This document shows, in pieces, positions 19,847-29,346 of a stretch of 64,000 nt of DNA. The stretch comes from Gemmatimonadota bacterium. GTDB taxonomy: Bacteria; Gemmatimonadota; Gemmatimonadetes; Longimicrobiales; Gaopeijiaceae. A program made the position numbers and the translations under genes. The notes under the pieces were generated by a model. That model searched no databases, was not told the origin of the DNA, and worked only from the letters and a program-made list of their open reading frames with translations. The stretch spans positions 1,760,001 to 1,824,000 of the forward strand of contig JAXHMG010000003.1 in assembly GCA_034521595.1 (NCBI GenBank), read 5' to 3'. Each line of letters opens with the position of its first letter. The first letter of the stretch is position 1.

Positions 19847-21630
19847 GCCATCGACTCCCGCGCAGCTTCGGAGATCGCGACGGGGAACAAGAGCGTGAAG
19901 GTCGTGCCTTCGCCGACGGTCGACGCCACCCGAACCTTTCCTCCGTGGGCATCGACGACTCCCTTCACGATGGTGAGGCCGAGACCCGTGGTGCCCCGCG
20001 ATCCATCTTCTTTTTGCCAGTACCGGTCGAAAATGCGCTCGAGCGAGTCTTGAGGAATCCCCGGCCCCGTGTCGGCGACCTCGATGGCGACCCGGCCATC
20101 CCGGACACCGGCGACCAACGTCACGCGTCCTCCCGCGGGTGTCAGCCGTACGGCGTTGTCGAGCAGATTCGTGAGCGCCTGGAGCACCCGATCGCGATCG
20201 AGCCTGGCCCGGAGCGCCGAGCCGCGGACATCGACCGCCAGGTGCACGCCCTTCCGGTCCGCCTGCTCACGGAACAGCGTGACGGCCTCTTCCACGACCT
20301 CGGAGACGTCCTCCAAAGCCCGACGCACCACCAGCACGCCGTCCTGGATACGGGCGACGTCGAGAAGGTCCTCGATCAGGTTGCTCATGCGCGTCGCGGC
20401 CCGCCCTATGATCTCCGCCTGCCGCTTCCGGCCCGCATCGTCGAGGGGAAGCTCGAGGAGGATATCCGTGGCTCCGAACACGACGCCGAGCGGGTTGCGA
20501 AGGTCGTGCGACACGATCGATACCACGTCTTCGCGCTGCCGGATCGCCTCCCGGAGCTCTTCCTCCTTCCGCTGGATCTCGGTCATGTCCGTGAAGGTCA
20601 GGACCGCCCCCCGGAGCTCGGTGCCGTCGATGAGCGGCCGCAGCGCCCACTTCACCGGCAACGGGGTGCCGTCCCGTGTCCGGAGCACATCGACTCCGTC
20701 CGAGTCGGCCGGTTCCCCTTCGGCCAAGGCAGCCAGGACACGCGATTCGCCGCGGTGCCGGGGTGTTCGGTCCGCGCGTTCTTCGTGGAGGGTATCGTGG
20801 ACGTCCCGACCCCGGATCTCCTCCTCGGTATAGCCGAGCAGCTTCGCACCCGCCCGATTGAGGGACGTACACGCACCCTCCAGGTCGATCCCGAGCACGC
20901 CGTCTCCGGTGGCATCGAGCAGCGCATCCATTTCCCGGCGCGCCCTGAGCGCGTCCCGGCGCCGGGCCCAGGCCTCCCGTGTAAGACCCTTCAAGCGGGA
21001 ACCGACGCGGCCCACCATGAACGTGGTCGCGAGGGCCAGGATGGCAAGCGCGATGGTGATGCGGGACTGTCGGGTTCGAGCCTGGGCCATGCGCCGTCGC
21101 CCTGCTCGAACCTCGCTCTGGATCGCCCGATCGAAGAGCTCCGTGGCCCGCTGAAGCGATGCGTACTGGGACCGGCTGGAGCTCAGCGCCGCCGCACGCT
21201 CCTCCGGCTCGTCGAGCGCCAGGACCCGCTGGTTGTCGATGTGCCACCGCGTGCTCGCGGCCGACAGCTCCGCCAGCCGCTCGCGGACCTCCAGATCCAG
21301 GTCGCGGGCGAGCACGTTGAGCTGTTCGTAGACGGTGTCCTCCTCCGCGATCGCGCCTACGTAGGCTCGCCGGAACGAACCGTCTCCCGAGAGCACGAAC
21401 CCCTCGAAACGAGCCATTTGGCGCGAGTTCAGAAGCGACAGGCGCGAGCTCAGGTTGCTCGCCGGCTGAAGCACGTCGTTGATGTGGGTCTGGGCTTCAC
21501 CGACCTGGTTGCCGATGTACGCGGGAAGCGCGGCGAGCGCCACGAGCGCGCCGGCCACGAACCACAGTGCCCAGAGTCCCCGGGCTCGTACCTCGACGGG
21601 GTCGTTCCCGCCTTCTTCTCGTCGGCTCAC
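19843..21630 (-). CDS. Membrane PAS sensor histidine kinase
   Basis: Two TMs around a helical periplasmic domain; PAS; SHDLRNPL, NLLDNA, DTGPGI, GLGL. Confidence 0.92.
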   Translation of the reverse strand: MSRREEGGNDPVEVRARGLWALWFVAGALVALAALPAYIGNQVGEAQTHINDVLQPASNLSSRLSLLNSRQMARFEGFVLSGDGSFRRAYVGAIAEEDTVYEQLNVLARDLDLEVRERLAELSAASTRWHIDNQRVLALDEPEERAAALSSSRSQYASLQRATELFDRAIQSEVRAGRRRMAQARTRQSRITIALAILALATTFMVGRVGSRLKGLTREAWARRRDALRARREMDALLDATGDGVLGIDLEGACTSLNRAGAKLLGYTEEEIRGRDVHDTLHEERADRTPRHRGESRVLAALAEGEPADSDGVDVLRTRDGTPLPVKWALRPLIDGTELRGAVLTFTDMTEIQRKEEELREAIRQREDVVSIVSHDLRNPLGVVFGATDILLELPLDDAGRKRQAEIIGRAATRMSNLIEDLLDVARIQDGVLVVRRALEDVSEVVEEAVTLFREQADRKGVHLAVDVRGSALRARLDRDRVLQALTNLLDNAVRLTPAGGRVTLVAGVRDGRVAIEVADTGPGIPQDSLERIFDRYWQKEDGSRGTTGLGLTIVKGVVDAHGGKVRVASTVGEGTTFTLLFPVAISEAARESMA

Positions 21631-21701
21631 ACGCCCTCACCCTCGTTCTTCCGGCGTGCCGGCGGACCGTCCCGTACCGGTCCGTCCGACCGCCTGAGTC
21701 G

Positions 21702-22169
21702 TCAGCTCCCGGCGAGTGGGGCCAGGCTCACTTGATCGAGTACAGGCACGTTCCATGCCTCGCCGCCATCCACGGACTCGAACCCGTTCAGCGTCAGGAT
21801 GTACGCCACGATATCGACATACCGCTCAGGCGGGAGACTGTTCGGGGCGTCCTCTGGCATCGTGGACGCCGTCAGGCGATACAAATCCTCGGCGGTACGG
21901 TTCTGCCACCGGCGTCGGAACGCGCTGTCGCTGAACTCTCCGGACGCATGGCACGCCGTGCACGAGGCCAGGAACGCGTTCTCTCCCCGTTGGGCCTGCT
22001 CCGCCGGCACGGCCGACACGTCGGTCCGCGCTTCGGCGGGTGCGTCCTCGGGAGCGCCGTCACCGACGTCGGGCGAGACCGTGCCGGTATCTCCGGTGGA
22101 CGGAGCAGTCGAGCAGGAAGCGACAACCAGCACGGCAACCAAGGGTGGAAGCTTCGGCAGAATACGCAT
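21702..22169 (-). CDS. Monoheme c-type cytochrome lipoprotein
   Basis: Lipobox VASC; CTACH; MPEDAP distal Met. Confidence 0.85.
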   Translation of the reverse strand: MRILPKLPPLVAVLVVASCSTAPSTGDTGTVSPDVGDGAPEDAPAEARTDVSAVPAEQAQRGENAFLASCTACHASGEFSDSAFRRRWQNRTAEDLYRLTASTMPEDAPNSLPPERYVDIVAYILTLNGFESVDGGEAWNVPVLDQVSLAPLAGS

Positions 22170-22272
22170 CAACAGGTCGGTGTCGAGAATGAGCAGGACG
22201 TTCCAGCGGAGGAGTCGTAAGATGACCGACTCGGAATCCGCACGGCAAGCGTTCCCCGTGGGAGGGGGCGCA

Positions 22273-23463
22273 TCACCCGCCGCCCGAAGGGGATCGTCGA
22301 CGATGGAGCGCCTCGACGAGATCCGCGAGCTCGGTGAATCGGTCCGGATCGGACACGTCCAGGACCGGACAGGCCGCCTCGAGCGTCCGGTCGTCGGTGA
22401 GCACCGCGAGGTATGCGTCCTCGGCGCCACCGACGTCCGTGCCGTACAGCGGTTCTGGATGAGCCTCCGTCCGGAACACCTCGATGCGCGGAGCCCCCGA
22501 AGCCTTGAACCCCTCCGCGACCACGATGTCCGCGTCTCCGAGGTGCCGTGCCACGAGCGTTTCCAGGGACGGCTCCCTCCGGTCGTCCTCTCTACCCCAC
22601 CCCCCCACCACCGCGAAGCCCTCCGGGCCGACCAGGGCCACGCGTGACGCCTTTCCCTGGTGACGATGTCGCCACGAATCGGTGCCTTCCCGGTCGAGGT
22701 CGAAGCCGTGCCCGTGCTTCACCGTCATCACCTCGTAGCCACGAGAGGCCAGCTCGGACACCAGCCCCACCACGGTCGTGGTCTTCCCCGACTTCTTCTT
22801 GCCCACGACGCACACCACCGTAGGATCCCCCTCGTCACTCGCGGAGCCGGCCCCTCGGGAGACGCGTCGACCGGTCATCACGCCTGGCTCGCGCTTCACC
22901 GCGTGGAGGTCGGCCGTGGTGTTGACGTTGGTCGGCACCGGACCCGGCGAGGGCATGACGCCGCCATCCACTGCCTCGAGGAGCCGATGCGCGCCCCGGA
23001 CGCCGGAATCGAGGAGCCGGACGGCTTCGTGAGCGCATGCGGTCCGGTACACGGCGCAGAGCGGCTCGAAACCCGGCTTCCCGACACGTTCCAGCGCCAC
23101 GGCCCGGTGCTCGCCGAGCGTGTCCAAGAGCCGTCGCACGAGATCCTGATCCACATCGGGGAGATCACAGGCCAGAGCCACCACCCGACCAGCCCCCGTC
23201 CGCTCGGCGTGCCGAAGCGCCGACTCCAGTCCCGCGAGCGGGCCGGCTCCGGCTCTCAGATCCGGGATTCGGACGCGGCCGGCTCCGTCGTGCTCGGGGC
23301 GGGAAGACACGACAACGACCTCGTCGCACACCTCGCGCAGTGTACGAACCGCTCGATCGAGCAGGGTCACGCCACCCAGCTCGGCGAGCGCCTTGTCCGA
23401 GCCGAAGCGAGTGCTTCTCCCTCCGGAGAGCACCGCACCCAGCGTGCGTCCACCGGACGTCAC
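22273..23463 (-). CDS. mobAB: Fused MobA (Mo cofactor guanylyltransferase)-MobB
   Basis: GGRSTRFGSDKA, GPLAG, ACDLP and EPLCAVY, then GKKKSGKTT, VKHGH, GTDSWR and AEGFK in one frame. Confidence 0.85.
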   Translation of the reverse strand: MTSGGRTLGAVLSGGRSTRFGSDKALAELGGVTLLDRAVRTLREVCDEVVVVSSRPEHDGAGRVRIPDLRAGAGPLAGLESALRHAERTGAGRVVALACDLPDVDQDLVRRLLDTLGEHRAVALERVGKPGFEPLCAVYRTACAHEAVRLLDSGVRGAHRLLEAVDGGVMPSPGPVPTNVNTTADLHAVKREPGVMTGRRVSRGAGSASDEGDPTVVCVVGKKKSGKTTTVVGLVSELASRGYEVMTVKHGHGFDLDREGTDSWRHRHQGKASRVALVGPEGFAVVGGWGREDDRREPSLETLVARHLGDADIVVAEGFKASGAPRIEVFRTEAHPEPLYGTDVGGAEDAYLAVLTDDRTLEAACPVLDVSDPDRFTELADLVEALHRRRSPSGGG

Positions 23464-24305
23464 GCGACCCGTGCTTCCCCGGCATAGACGTTACACCCCC
23501 CGTTCCGCGCGAATCCCACCAACGTATGACCGAAGCGGTTGGCAAGCTCCACAGCCAGTGTGGACGGAGCGCCCACCGCGACCATGATGGGCACCCCGGC
23601 CATCACGGCCTTCTGGACGAGCTCGAACGACGCCCGGCCGCTCACGACGAGAATCGTCTCGGAAGCCGGTAGCCGGCGCGCGAGAAACGCCGCCCCGAGA
23701 ACCTTGTCCACCGCGTTGTGCCGGCCCACGTCCTCGCGAACGTCGAGACACGAGCCGTCCGGTTGGAAGAGCCCCGCGGCATGAAGCCCTCCCGTACGGT
23801 CGAACGCTTCCTGACGGGCACGAAGAAGGTCGGGGAGCTCGGGGAGGAGGTCCGCGCTCACCCGCGGCCCGTCGGGCAGGACGGTGCACCCGAGCGTCGT
23901 GACCGCGTCGAGGGATGCCTTCCCGCACACGCCACAGCTCGACGTTGCGTAGAAGTTTCGGCGCATCCGTTCGGCGTCGAACGGGACGCCGGGCCGTAGC
24001 CGGGCTTCCACGGTGTTGTACTCCTGAGCCCGGTCGCCCCTGCAGTACGTGAGTCCCGCGAGGTCTTCGGCTTCGCTCACGACGCCCTCTCCGTGAAGGA
24101 ATCCGGCCACGAGCTCGAAATCCTCGCCCGGCGTCCGCATGGTCACGGCGAGCGGCTCGGTACGCACTTCCCCGTCTTCCCCGACCCAGGACAATCGGGT
24201 CTCGAGCGGCTCTTCGATGACCAAAGCGTCGCGGGCCCGGTCCTTCACGCCTTCGCGGTACCGGGTCACGCGCATGCCCCTCGTGGAGCCACGGTTCCCG
24301 ATCAT
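23460..24305 (-). CDS. fdhD: Formate dehydrogenase accessory sulfurtransferase FdhD
   Basis: TMRTPG, SSCGVCGK, TGGLHAA, EDVGRHNAVDK, SGRASFE. Confidence 0.95.
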   Translation of the reverse strand: MIGNRGSTRGMRVTRYREGVKDRARDALVIEEPLETRLSWVGEDGEVRTEPLAVTMRTPGEDFELVAGFLHGEGVVSEAEDLAGLTYCRGDRAQEYNTVEARLRPGVPFDAERMRRNFYATSSCGVCGKASLDAVTTLGCTVLPDGPRVSADLLPELPDLLRARQEAFDRTGGLHAAGLFQPDGSCLDVREDVGRHNAVDKVLGAAFLARRLPASETILVVSGRASFELVQKAVMAGVPIMVAVGAPSTLAVELANRFGHTLVGFARNGGCNVYAGEARVA

Positions 24306-24309
24306 GGCG

Positions 24310-25464
24310 TCAACGGTCCGACGCGTCCGCCTGGATCGCCTCGATCTCGTCCCGGACATCGAGGAAAACGTCCAGAACGTCGGGATCGAACCGGGTCCCC
24401 TTCTCCTCCCGCATCATCTCGATGACTTCATCGTTGGGCACGGCCGCGCGGTAGGGTCGGTCGAAGGTGAGCGCGTCGAAGAAGTCGACCACGGTGCAGA
24501 CCCGCGCTTCGATCGGGATGTCCGCCTGCGCCAGGCCTTCGGGGTACCCGGTGCCGTCCCACTTCTCGTGGTGTGCGAGCGCGATCCGCTGCCCCATCTG
24601 GATGACGGGTGAGGTCGACCCCGCGAGGATCTGGCCGCCGATGGTCGTGTGGGTGTTCATCACTTCCCGCTCCTCGTCCGTGAGCGGTCCCGGCTTGAGG
24701 AGGATCTGGTCGGGAATGCCGAGCTTCCCCACGTCGTGCATGGGCGCCGCATGCCGGATCGTGTCGATGAGCCCCGGCGCGAGATGCATGGCGCGCGCCA
24801 CCACTTCGGAGTACCGGCCGATCCGCTCGATGTGCCCGGCCGTGTCGTGGTCCTTGTACTCCGCCGCCAGCGTGAGGCGGTAGATGGTGTCGAGATGTCC
24901 TTCCTGGATCCGCCGCTGCGCCGCGGTGACGTCCTCGAGCGCCTTGCGAAGCTCATGGGTGCGCCGCTCCACCGTCTTCTCCAGGTTGGCCTGGCTCTCC
25001 AGGACGCGGTCCTGAGCGGCCTTCAGCTCGAGCAGCCAGTGGAGGCGGAGCCGGAGCTCCATGTGATCGACCGGCTTGTTGATGAAGTCGTTGATGCCCA
25101 CTTCGTACGCTCGAAGCCGATCTTCACGGGCCTCGAGGCCCGTCACCATGACGATGGGCAGGTCCTGGGGCGTGCGGCTTTCCCGGATCTGCCGAGCCAC
25201 GTCGAACCCGTCCATGTTCGGCATGTGCGCGTCGGTGAGCACCAGATCGACGCCCAAGGCGACTTTCGCGAGCGCCTCGATGCCGTCGGCCGCGACTTCC
25301 ACCGCGTACCCGAAGCCACGCACGTATTCCGCGTGCAGGGTTCGCGCCATCTCGTCGTCATCGGCCACCAGGATCGTGAAGGTCCGCTCGGGAGCGGCTC
25401 GCCGCTGCGGGCCGCCACCGGGCATCGTGTCCGCGCCGGTGGAAAGAGTGGAGTCGGACGTCAC
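24310..25464 (-). CDS. Response regulator with HD-GYP phosphodiesterase domain
   Basis: Receiver (VADDD, TDAHMP, KP) plus HDVGK, HHEKWDGTGYP, DALTFDRPY. Confidence 0.93.
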   Translation of the reverse strand: MTSDSTLSTGADTMPGGGPQRRAAPERTFTILVADDDEMARTLHAEYVRGFGYAVEVAADGIEALAKVALGVDLVLTDAHMPNMDGFDVARQIRESRTPQDLPIVMVTGLEAREDRLRAYEVGINDFINKPVDHMELRLRLHWLLELKAAQDRVLESQANLEKTVERRTHELRKALEDVTAAQRRIQEGHLDTIYRLTLAAEYKDHDTAGHIERIGRYSEVVARAMHLAPGLIDTIRHAAPMHDVGKLGIPDQILLKPGPLTDEEREVMNTHTTIGGQILAGSTSPVIQMGQRIALAHHEKWDGTGYPEGLAQADIPIEARVCTVVDFFDALTFDRPYRAAVPNDEVIEMMREEKGTRFDPDVLDVFLDVRDEIEAIQADASDR

Positions 25465-25551
25465 GTGAGCTCGGTAGATGGGTGCACGAATCTCACAAGC
25501 TATGCGCTCCCGTGTCCGGAGGCCAAGAACCTCTTACGCCGCTCGACGGAC

Positions 25552-26049
25552 TCATCGCCCGTTCGCCGCTTCCCACGCCTCGACGAAGTCCGCGGCGCAT
25601 TGCTCGCCGATCGAGTACAAACGGTGCATGTCCTGGACCGGAGTCGTGCCGATCCAGGTCTGGTGCCACGTGATCGCCGTCGCGCCGTCCGCTCCGAACG
25701 GCTCGTGGAGCTCGATCCGGGCGGCAAACGTGATCATGCCGCTGTCGTAGACGGTCTCGACGCGACAGAGCAGGAACCGCTCCGCTTCGCTGTCGAGGGG
25801 CACGCCGAAGTCCGACAACGCCTGCTCGAACGTTTGCGCGACCGCATCGTGGAACTGGGGCTCGGTGGCGCCGCCGGCCGTTTCCGTGATCAGCTCGTCC
25901 CAATCGACGTACGCTCTCACGGCCAGCGGAGCCGACCCCTCCAAGCGCGTGGGGTCGCCGAACGGCTCCTGAGCCGCCACCGGGGATCCCACCAGGTGCA
26001 CGAGCACGACGCCCAAGAGACCCAGCGCGGCTCGCAGAGAGATCCACAT
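25552..26049 (-). CDS. Hypothetical exported protein
   Basis: Signal peptide MWISLRAALG..VAAQE; coding-like composition. Confidence 0.65.
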   Translation of the reverse strand: MWISLRAALGLLGVVLVHLVGSPVAAQEPFGDPTRLEGSAPLAVRAYVDWDELITETAGGATEPQFHDAVAQTFEQALSDFGVPLDSEAERFLLCRVETVYDSGMITFAARIELHEPFGADGATAITWHQTWIGTTPVQDMHRLYSIGEQCAADFVEAWEAANGR

Positions 26050-26147
26050 TCGTCTATGACTCCTTCGCGGAGGTCGGGACAGCGACCGGGCACGAACGGC
26101 AGATGGGCGAGGATACCCGCGTGTGCCGGAGGGCGTTCCGGTCGGAC

Positions 26148-26795
26148 TCAGGGCGGCGTTCCGCGCGGCTTGTGGAACAACGCCACGTTCGTGCCCGGCC
26201 GTTCGAGGGTCCACCCGTGCCGGTCGGCGATCCACCGGAGCGTCTCCGGCGCGTAGAAGCACACATGGGTCGGGTCCCGTACGTACCACCAGTCTTCGAA
26301 CACGACGTCGTCCGTCAGCACGCGGGTCATCACGCCCAGCCAGCCGCCGCCGCGCAACAGACCGTCGAGGCGAGCGAACTCGCGGCCGGGCTCGAAGAAG
26401 TGCTCCGCGGTCTCGGTGCAGGTGACGAAATCGTAGCTCCGCTCGAGAACCCCCGTGTCCGGTGCGAAAAACGGGTCGTACACCGACATCGTGAAGCCAC
26501 GCTCTTCGAGCATGACCGACAGGGTGGGCCCGGGTCCCGACCCGTAGTCGAGGCCTTCCGCACCGGCCGGCAGGCGGGTGACGAGCGGCGCGCCGAGGCG
26601 GTCCAGGAAGGCGCGGTAACCCGGATCGGAAGGATCGTTCTCGTGGGTCCGGTACCGCGCCCGCTCCTCGGACGCGGTGAGCCGGAAGCCGGGGTCGAGG
26701 AACACGAGCGCGCAGGTGGCACAGCGGTAGTAGGGGCGCTCTCCGAGCTCCCTGAAGGGACCGGCCTCGTCCCCACCACAGAGCGGGCAACTCAC
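26148..26795 (-). CDS. Class I SAM-dependent methyltransferase with N-terminal zinc ribbon
   Basis: CPLC..CATC; LDYGSGPGP; YDPFF; ETAEHF. Confidence 0.88.
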   Translation of the reverse strand: MSCPLCGGDEAGPFRELGERPYYRCATCALVFLDPGFRLTASEERARYRTHENDPSDPGYRAFLDRLGAPLVTRLPAGAEGLDYGSGPGPTLSVMLEERGFTMSVYDPFFAPDTGVLERSYDFVTCTETAEHFFEPGREFARLDGLLRGGGWLGVMTRVLTDDVVFEDWWYVRDPTHVCFYAPETLRWIADRHGWTLERPGTNVALFHKPRGTPP

Positions 26796-26874
26796 CGTGC
26801 GTTGCCCACGTCCGCGCCGCCCTCTACCCTGTGTGCTCGCATCCTTCGCTCGTACTCCCGGATCGGGTAAGTCC

Positions 26875-27138
26875 ATGACTGCCTCCAACCTTCCTCGTCT
26901 CCTGACCCTCTGCGCGGCACTCGTGCTCGCCGCGGGCTGCGCGCCGGACTCCGAACCTAACCGTTCGGCCGTCGCCCTCGACGGCGTCCCCACGTTCGCT
27001 CCGGATCCGGCCTGGCCGGCTCCCCTCGCGGAGCACTGGATCGTCGGTCCCGGCACGGGGATCTACGTCGACGAGTCCGACCCCGGCCGGCGGTGGCAGA
27101 AGTTCAGCTTCACCGGTACCGAACCCGCCGGGAACTGA
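26875..27138 (+). pseudogene. Internally deleted NHL-repeat/6-bladed beta-propeller lipoprotein
   Basis: Lipobox AAGC; N-terminal motif PTFAPDPAWP..W.VG..GIYVD joined directly to a C-terminal-type motif GRRWQKF; only 87 aa. Confidence 0.6.
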
Positions 27139-27151
27139 CGAGGAGGCCGGC

Positions 27152-27721
27152 ATGCCATCGGACGCCACCGCGAATCGCTACGGAGCCGTCGCCCGCGCCT
27201 TTCATTGGGGCACGGCGCTTGCCGTTCCGGTGATGTTGGGGGCGGGCGTCCTGATGACCAGCGAGCCGCTGGAAGCGCTGGCCGACCCCCTGTACGTCCT
27301 TCACAAGGGACTCGGCAGCGTCCTCCTGGCCGTGGTCGTGTTGCGCGTGCTTTGGAGGCTCACGCACCCCGCCCCCCGACTCCCCTCGGTCGTGCCGCAG
27401 CTCCAGCGCCGGATCATGGGGATGACCCACGTCGGCCTTTACGTGCTCCTCGTCGTGATGACCGTGAGCGGCTACATCCGCACGGTGGGCGACGGCTTTC
27501 CCATCGAGTTGCTGGACGTTCTGGGGGTGCCTCCACTGCTTCCCCCCATGCCGGAGGCGGCACAGCTCGCGCTCGTGGTACATCAGATCACCGCGTACCT
27601 GTTGACCGCGCTCGTCGCCGTGCACATCGGGGCGGCGGTGCACGACGCGCTGTTCGACCGGAAAGGCGTGTTCGGGAGGATGTGGCCCCCGTGGCGTGCA
27701 TCCGACGCTACGGGGGAGTGA
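27152..27721 (+). CDS. Cytochrome b561 family protein
   Basis: YGAVARAFHW, HKGLG, RVLWR, TH..LY, H..AA.HD; four TMs. Confidence 0.9.
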   Translation: MPSDATANRYGAVARAFHWGTALAVPVMLGAGVLMTSEPLEALADPLYVLHKGLGSVLLAVVVLRVLWRLTHPAPRLPSVVPQLQRRIMGMTHVGLYVLLVVMTVSGYIRTVGDGFPIELLDVLGVPPLLPPMPEAAQLALVVHQITAYLLTALVAVHIGAAVHDALFDRKGVFGRMWPPWRASDATGE

Positions 27722-28148
27722 CCGCCACGGGATATTCGAGCTCGTAAACCTCCTCCGACCCGTCGTCCACTCTGCCCCGCACCACCACGACCACCTCTCC
27801 GGCGTCATCGAACGAGATATCGACCGTGTGCGCGATCGTTTCGTCGCTCGGGATGCACCCGAGCCCGGGGCGCGGAAGCAGGTAGCGGTCGTACGGAGTT
27901 ACACGGACGGTATCACCGGCCATCTCGAGCTCGGTGTCGTCACGCCGCACGCACGCCCCACCGACGGTTCGGACCCTGACTTCGAACGGTTCCGAGGCCC
28001 GAGCCGACGCCGGCACGCGCACGTCCGGCTCCCCCTCCACCTCGTGGATCACCCCGATCCGTCGGTCCTCCAACGGCTCGGACGCCCCGCATGCGAACAG
28101 GGTCAGGAACACGGCCCCGACCGCGCCACCGGTGAGCCGGCCCTTCAC
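27708..28148 (-). CDS. Hypothetical lipoprotein
   Basis: Lipobox LFAC; two further Cys; overlaps the AI-2E gene stop. Confidence 0.65.
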   Translation of the reverse strand: MKGRLTGGAVGAVFLTLFACGASEPLEDRRIGVIHEVEGEPDVRVPASARASEPFEVRVRTVGGACVRRDDTELEMAGDTVRVTPYDRYLLPRPGLGCIPSDETIAHTVDISFDDAGEVVVVVRGRVDDGSEEVYELEYPVAVTPP

Positions 28149-29254
28149 GCGGACTCCTCGGTATTCGGCAGCAGGTCCCGAAAGGCGGCGCCGAACAGAT
28201 CCCAGACGGTCAAGAAGAGCGCCGCCACGATCGGGCCGACGATGAAACCCACGACACCGAACATCGCGAGCCCTCCGAACGTCGAGAGGAGGACGAGGAG
28301 ATCATGCATCTTCGTATCGCGCCCGACGAGTCGAGGCCGCAGGAAGTTGTCGATCGTACTCACGACCACGAAACCCCAGACGGCGAGTCCGATCCCGGCC
28401 ACGACCCGGCCCGTGGAAATCAGGATCACGGCCGTCGGCCCCCAGACGATGCCCGACCCCAAAACGGGAATCACCGAGAGCACGGCCATGACGGTCGACC
28501 AGAACGCCGCGCCCGGCAGAGCCAGAACGAAGAAGGCGGCGCCGGCGAGCGCGCCCTGGATCAGCCCGACGAGGATCGACCCCTTGATCGTGGCCCGGGT
28601 GACCGAGACGAACTGGTCGATGAGCCTCCGCTCATCCTCCTCGTCGAGCGGCGTGAAGTGGAGGATGCGCCGAAGGATCGAGCCTCCGTCCATCAAGAAG
28701 AAGTACATCGCGTAGAGCATGACGAAGAGCTGGAGCATGACGGTCACCGTGCTCCTCGTCGCCGCCTGGAGGTTGGATACCAGGAACGATCCGACCCGGC
28801 CCGCGACATCGGTCGCGCTCGACGCGATCTGGCTCTCCTCCGGAATGAGCGAGCCGACCAGCGGTGCTTCCCGGACCAAGGCGATCCACTCCTGCCATCC
28901 CGCTGATTGCTCCCGAATCCACGGCCCCGCCGCCTCGGCCACGTCGACCGCTTGAGACACCACGAGCGCGAGGAACCCGCCCAGCGGGGCCACGATCAAG
29001 AGCAGCAACGCGAGAACAACCAGGAGGGCGGCTGGCCGTCGCTTGCCTCCGAGGCGACGCTCGAGCCTGAGAAAAGCCGCGCGCGACATGCTCGCGAAGA
29101 CGCCGGCGAGGATGAGAGCCACCAGGAAGTGGCGGATCATCACGAGGAAAAGGATCGTGATCGCGGCAACGAGCAGGATGAGGAATCCCTTCTGAAGCCG
29201 CGGCCCGGGCAGGAGCTCGCCCGTGTCCCCCGATCCACCATCTGTTCCGGGCAT
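28145..29254 (-). CDS. AI-2E family transporter
   Basis: FFLMDG, IPVLGS, IDNFLRP, GGLAMFGVVGFIVGP; multi-TM. Confidence 0.92.
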   Translation of the reverse strand: MPGTDGGSGDTGELLPGPRLQKGFLILLVAAITILFLVMIRHFLVALILAGVFASMSRAAFLRLERRLGGKRRPAALLVVLALLLLIVAPLGGFLALVVSQAVDVAEAAGPWIREQSAGWQEWIALVREAPLVGSLIPEESQIASSATDVAGRVGSFLVSNLQAATRSTVTVMLQLFVMLYAMYFFLMDGGSILRRILHFTPLDEEDERRLIDQFVSVTRATIKGSILVGLIQGALAGAAFFVLALPGAAFWSTVMAVLSVIPVLGSGIVWGPTAVILISTGRVVAGIGLAVWGFVVVSTIDNFLRPRLVGRDTKMHDLLVLLSTFGGLAMFGVVGFIVGPIVAALFLTVWDLFGAAFRDLLPNTEESA

Positions 29255-29346
29255 CGTCACCTCTCGTGCGGAAACGCTTCGTGGCGTCCGAGCTCAACGC
29301 CGGCCCGTGTCTACGATTCGTCCTTGCTCCGATCCCCCGTGGGCGT

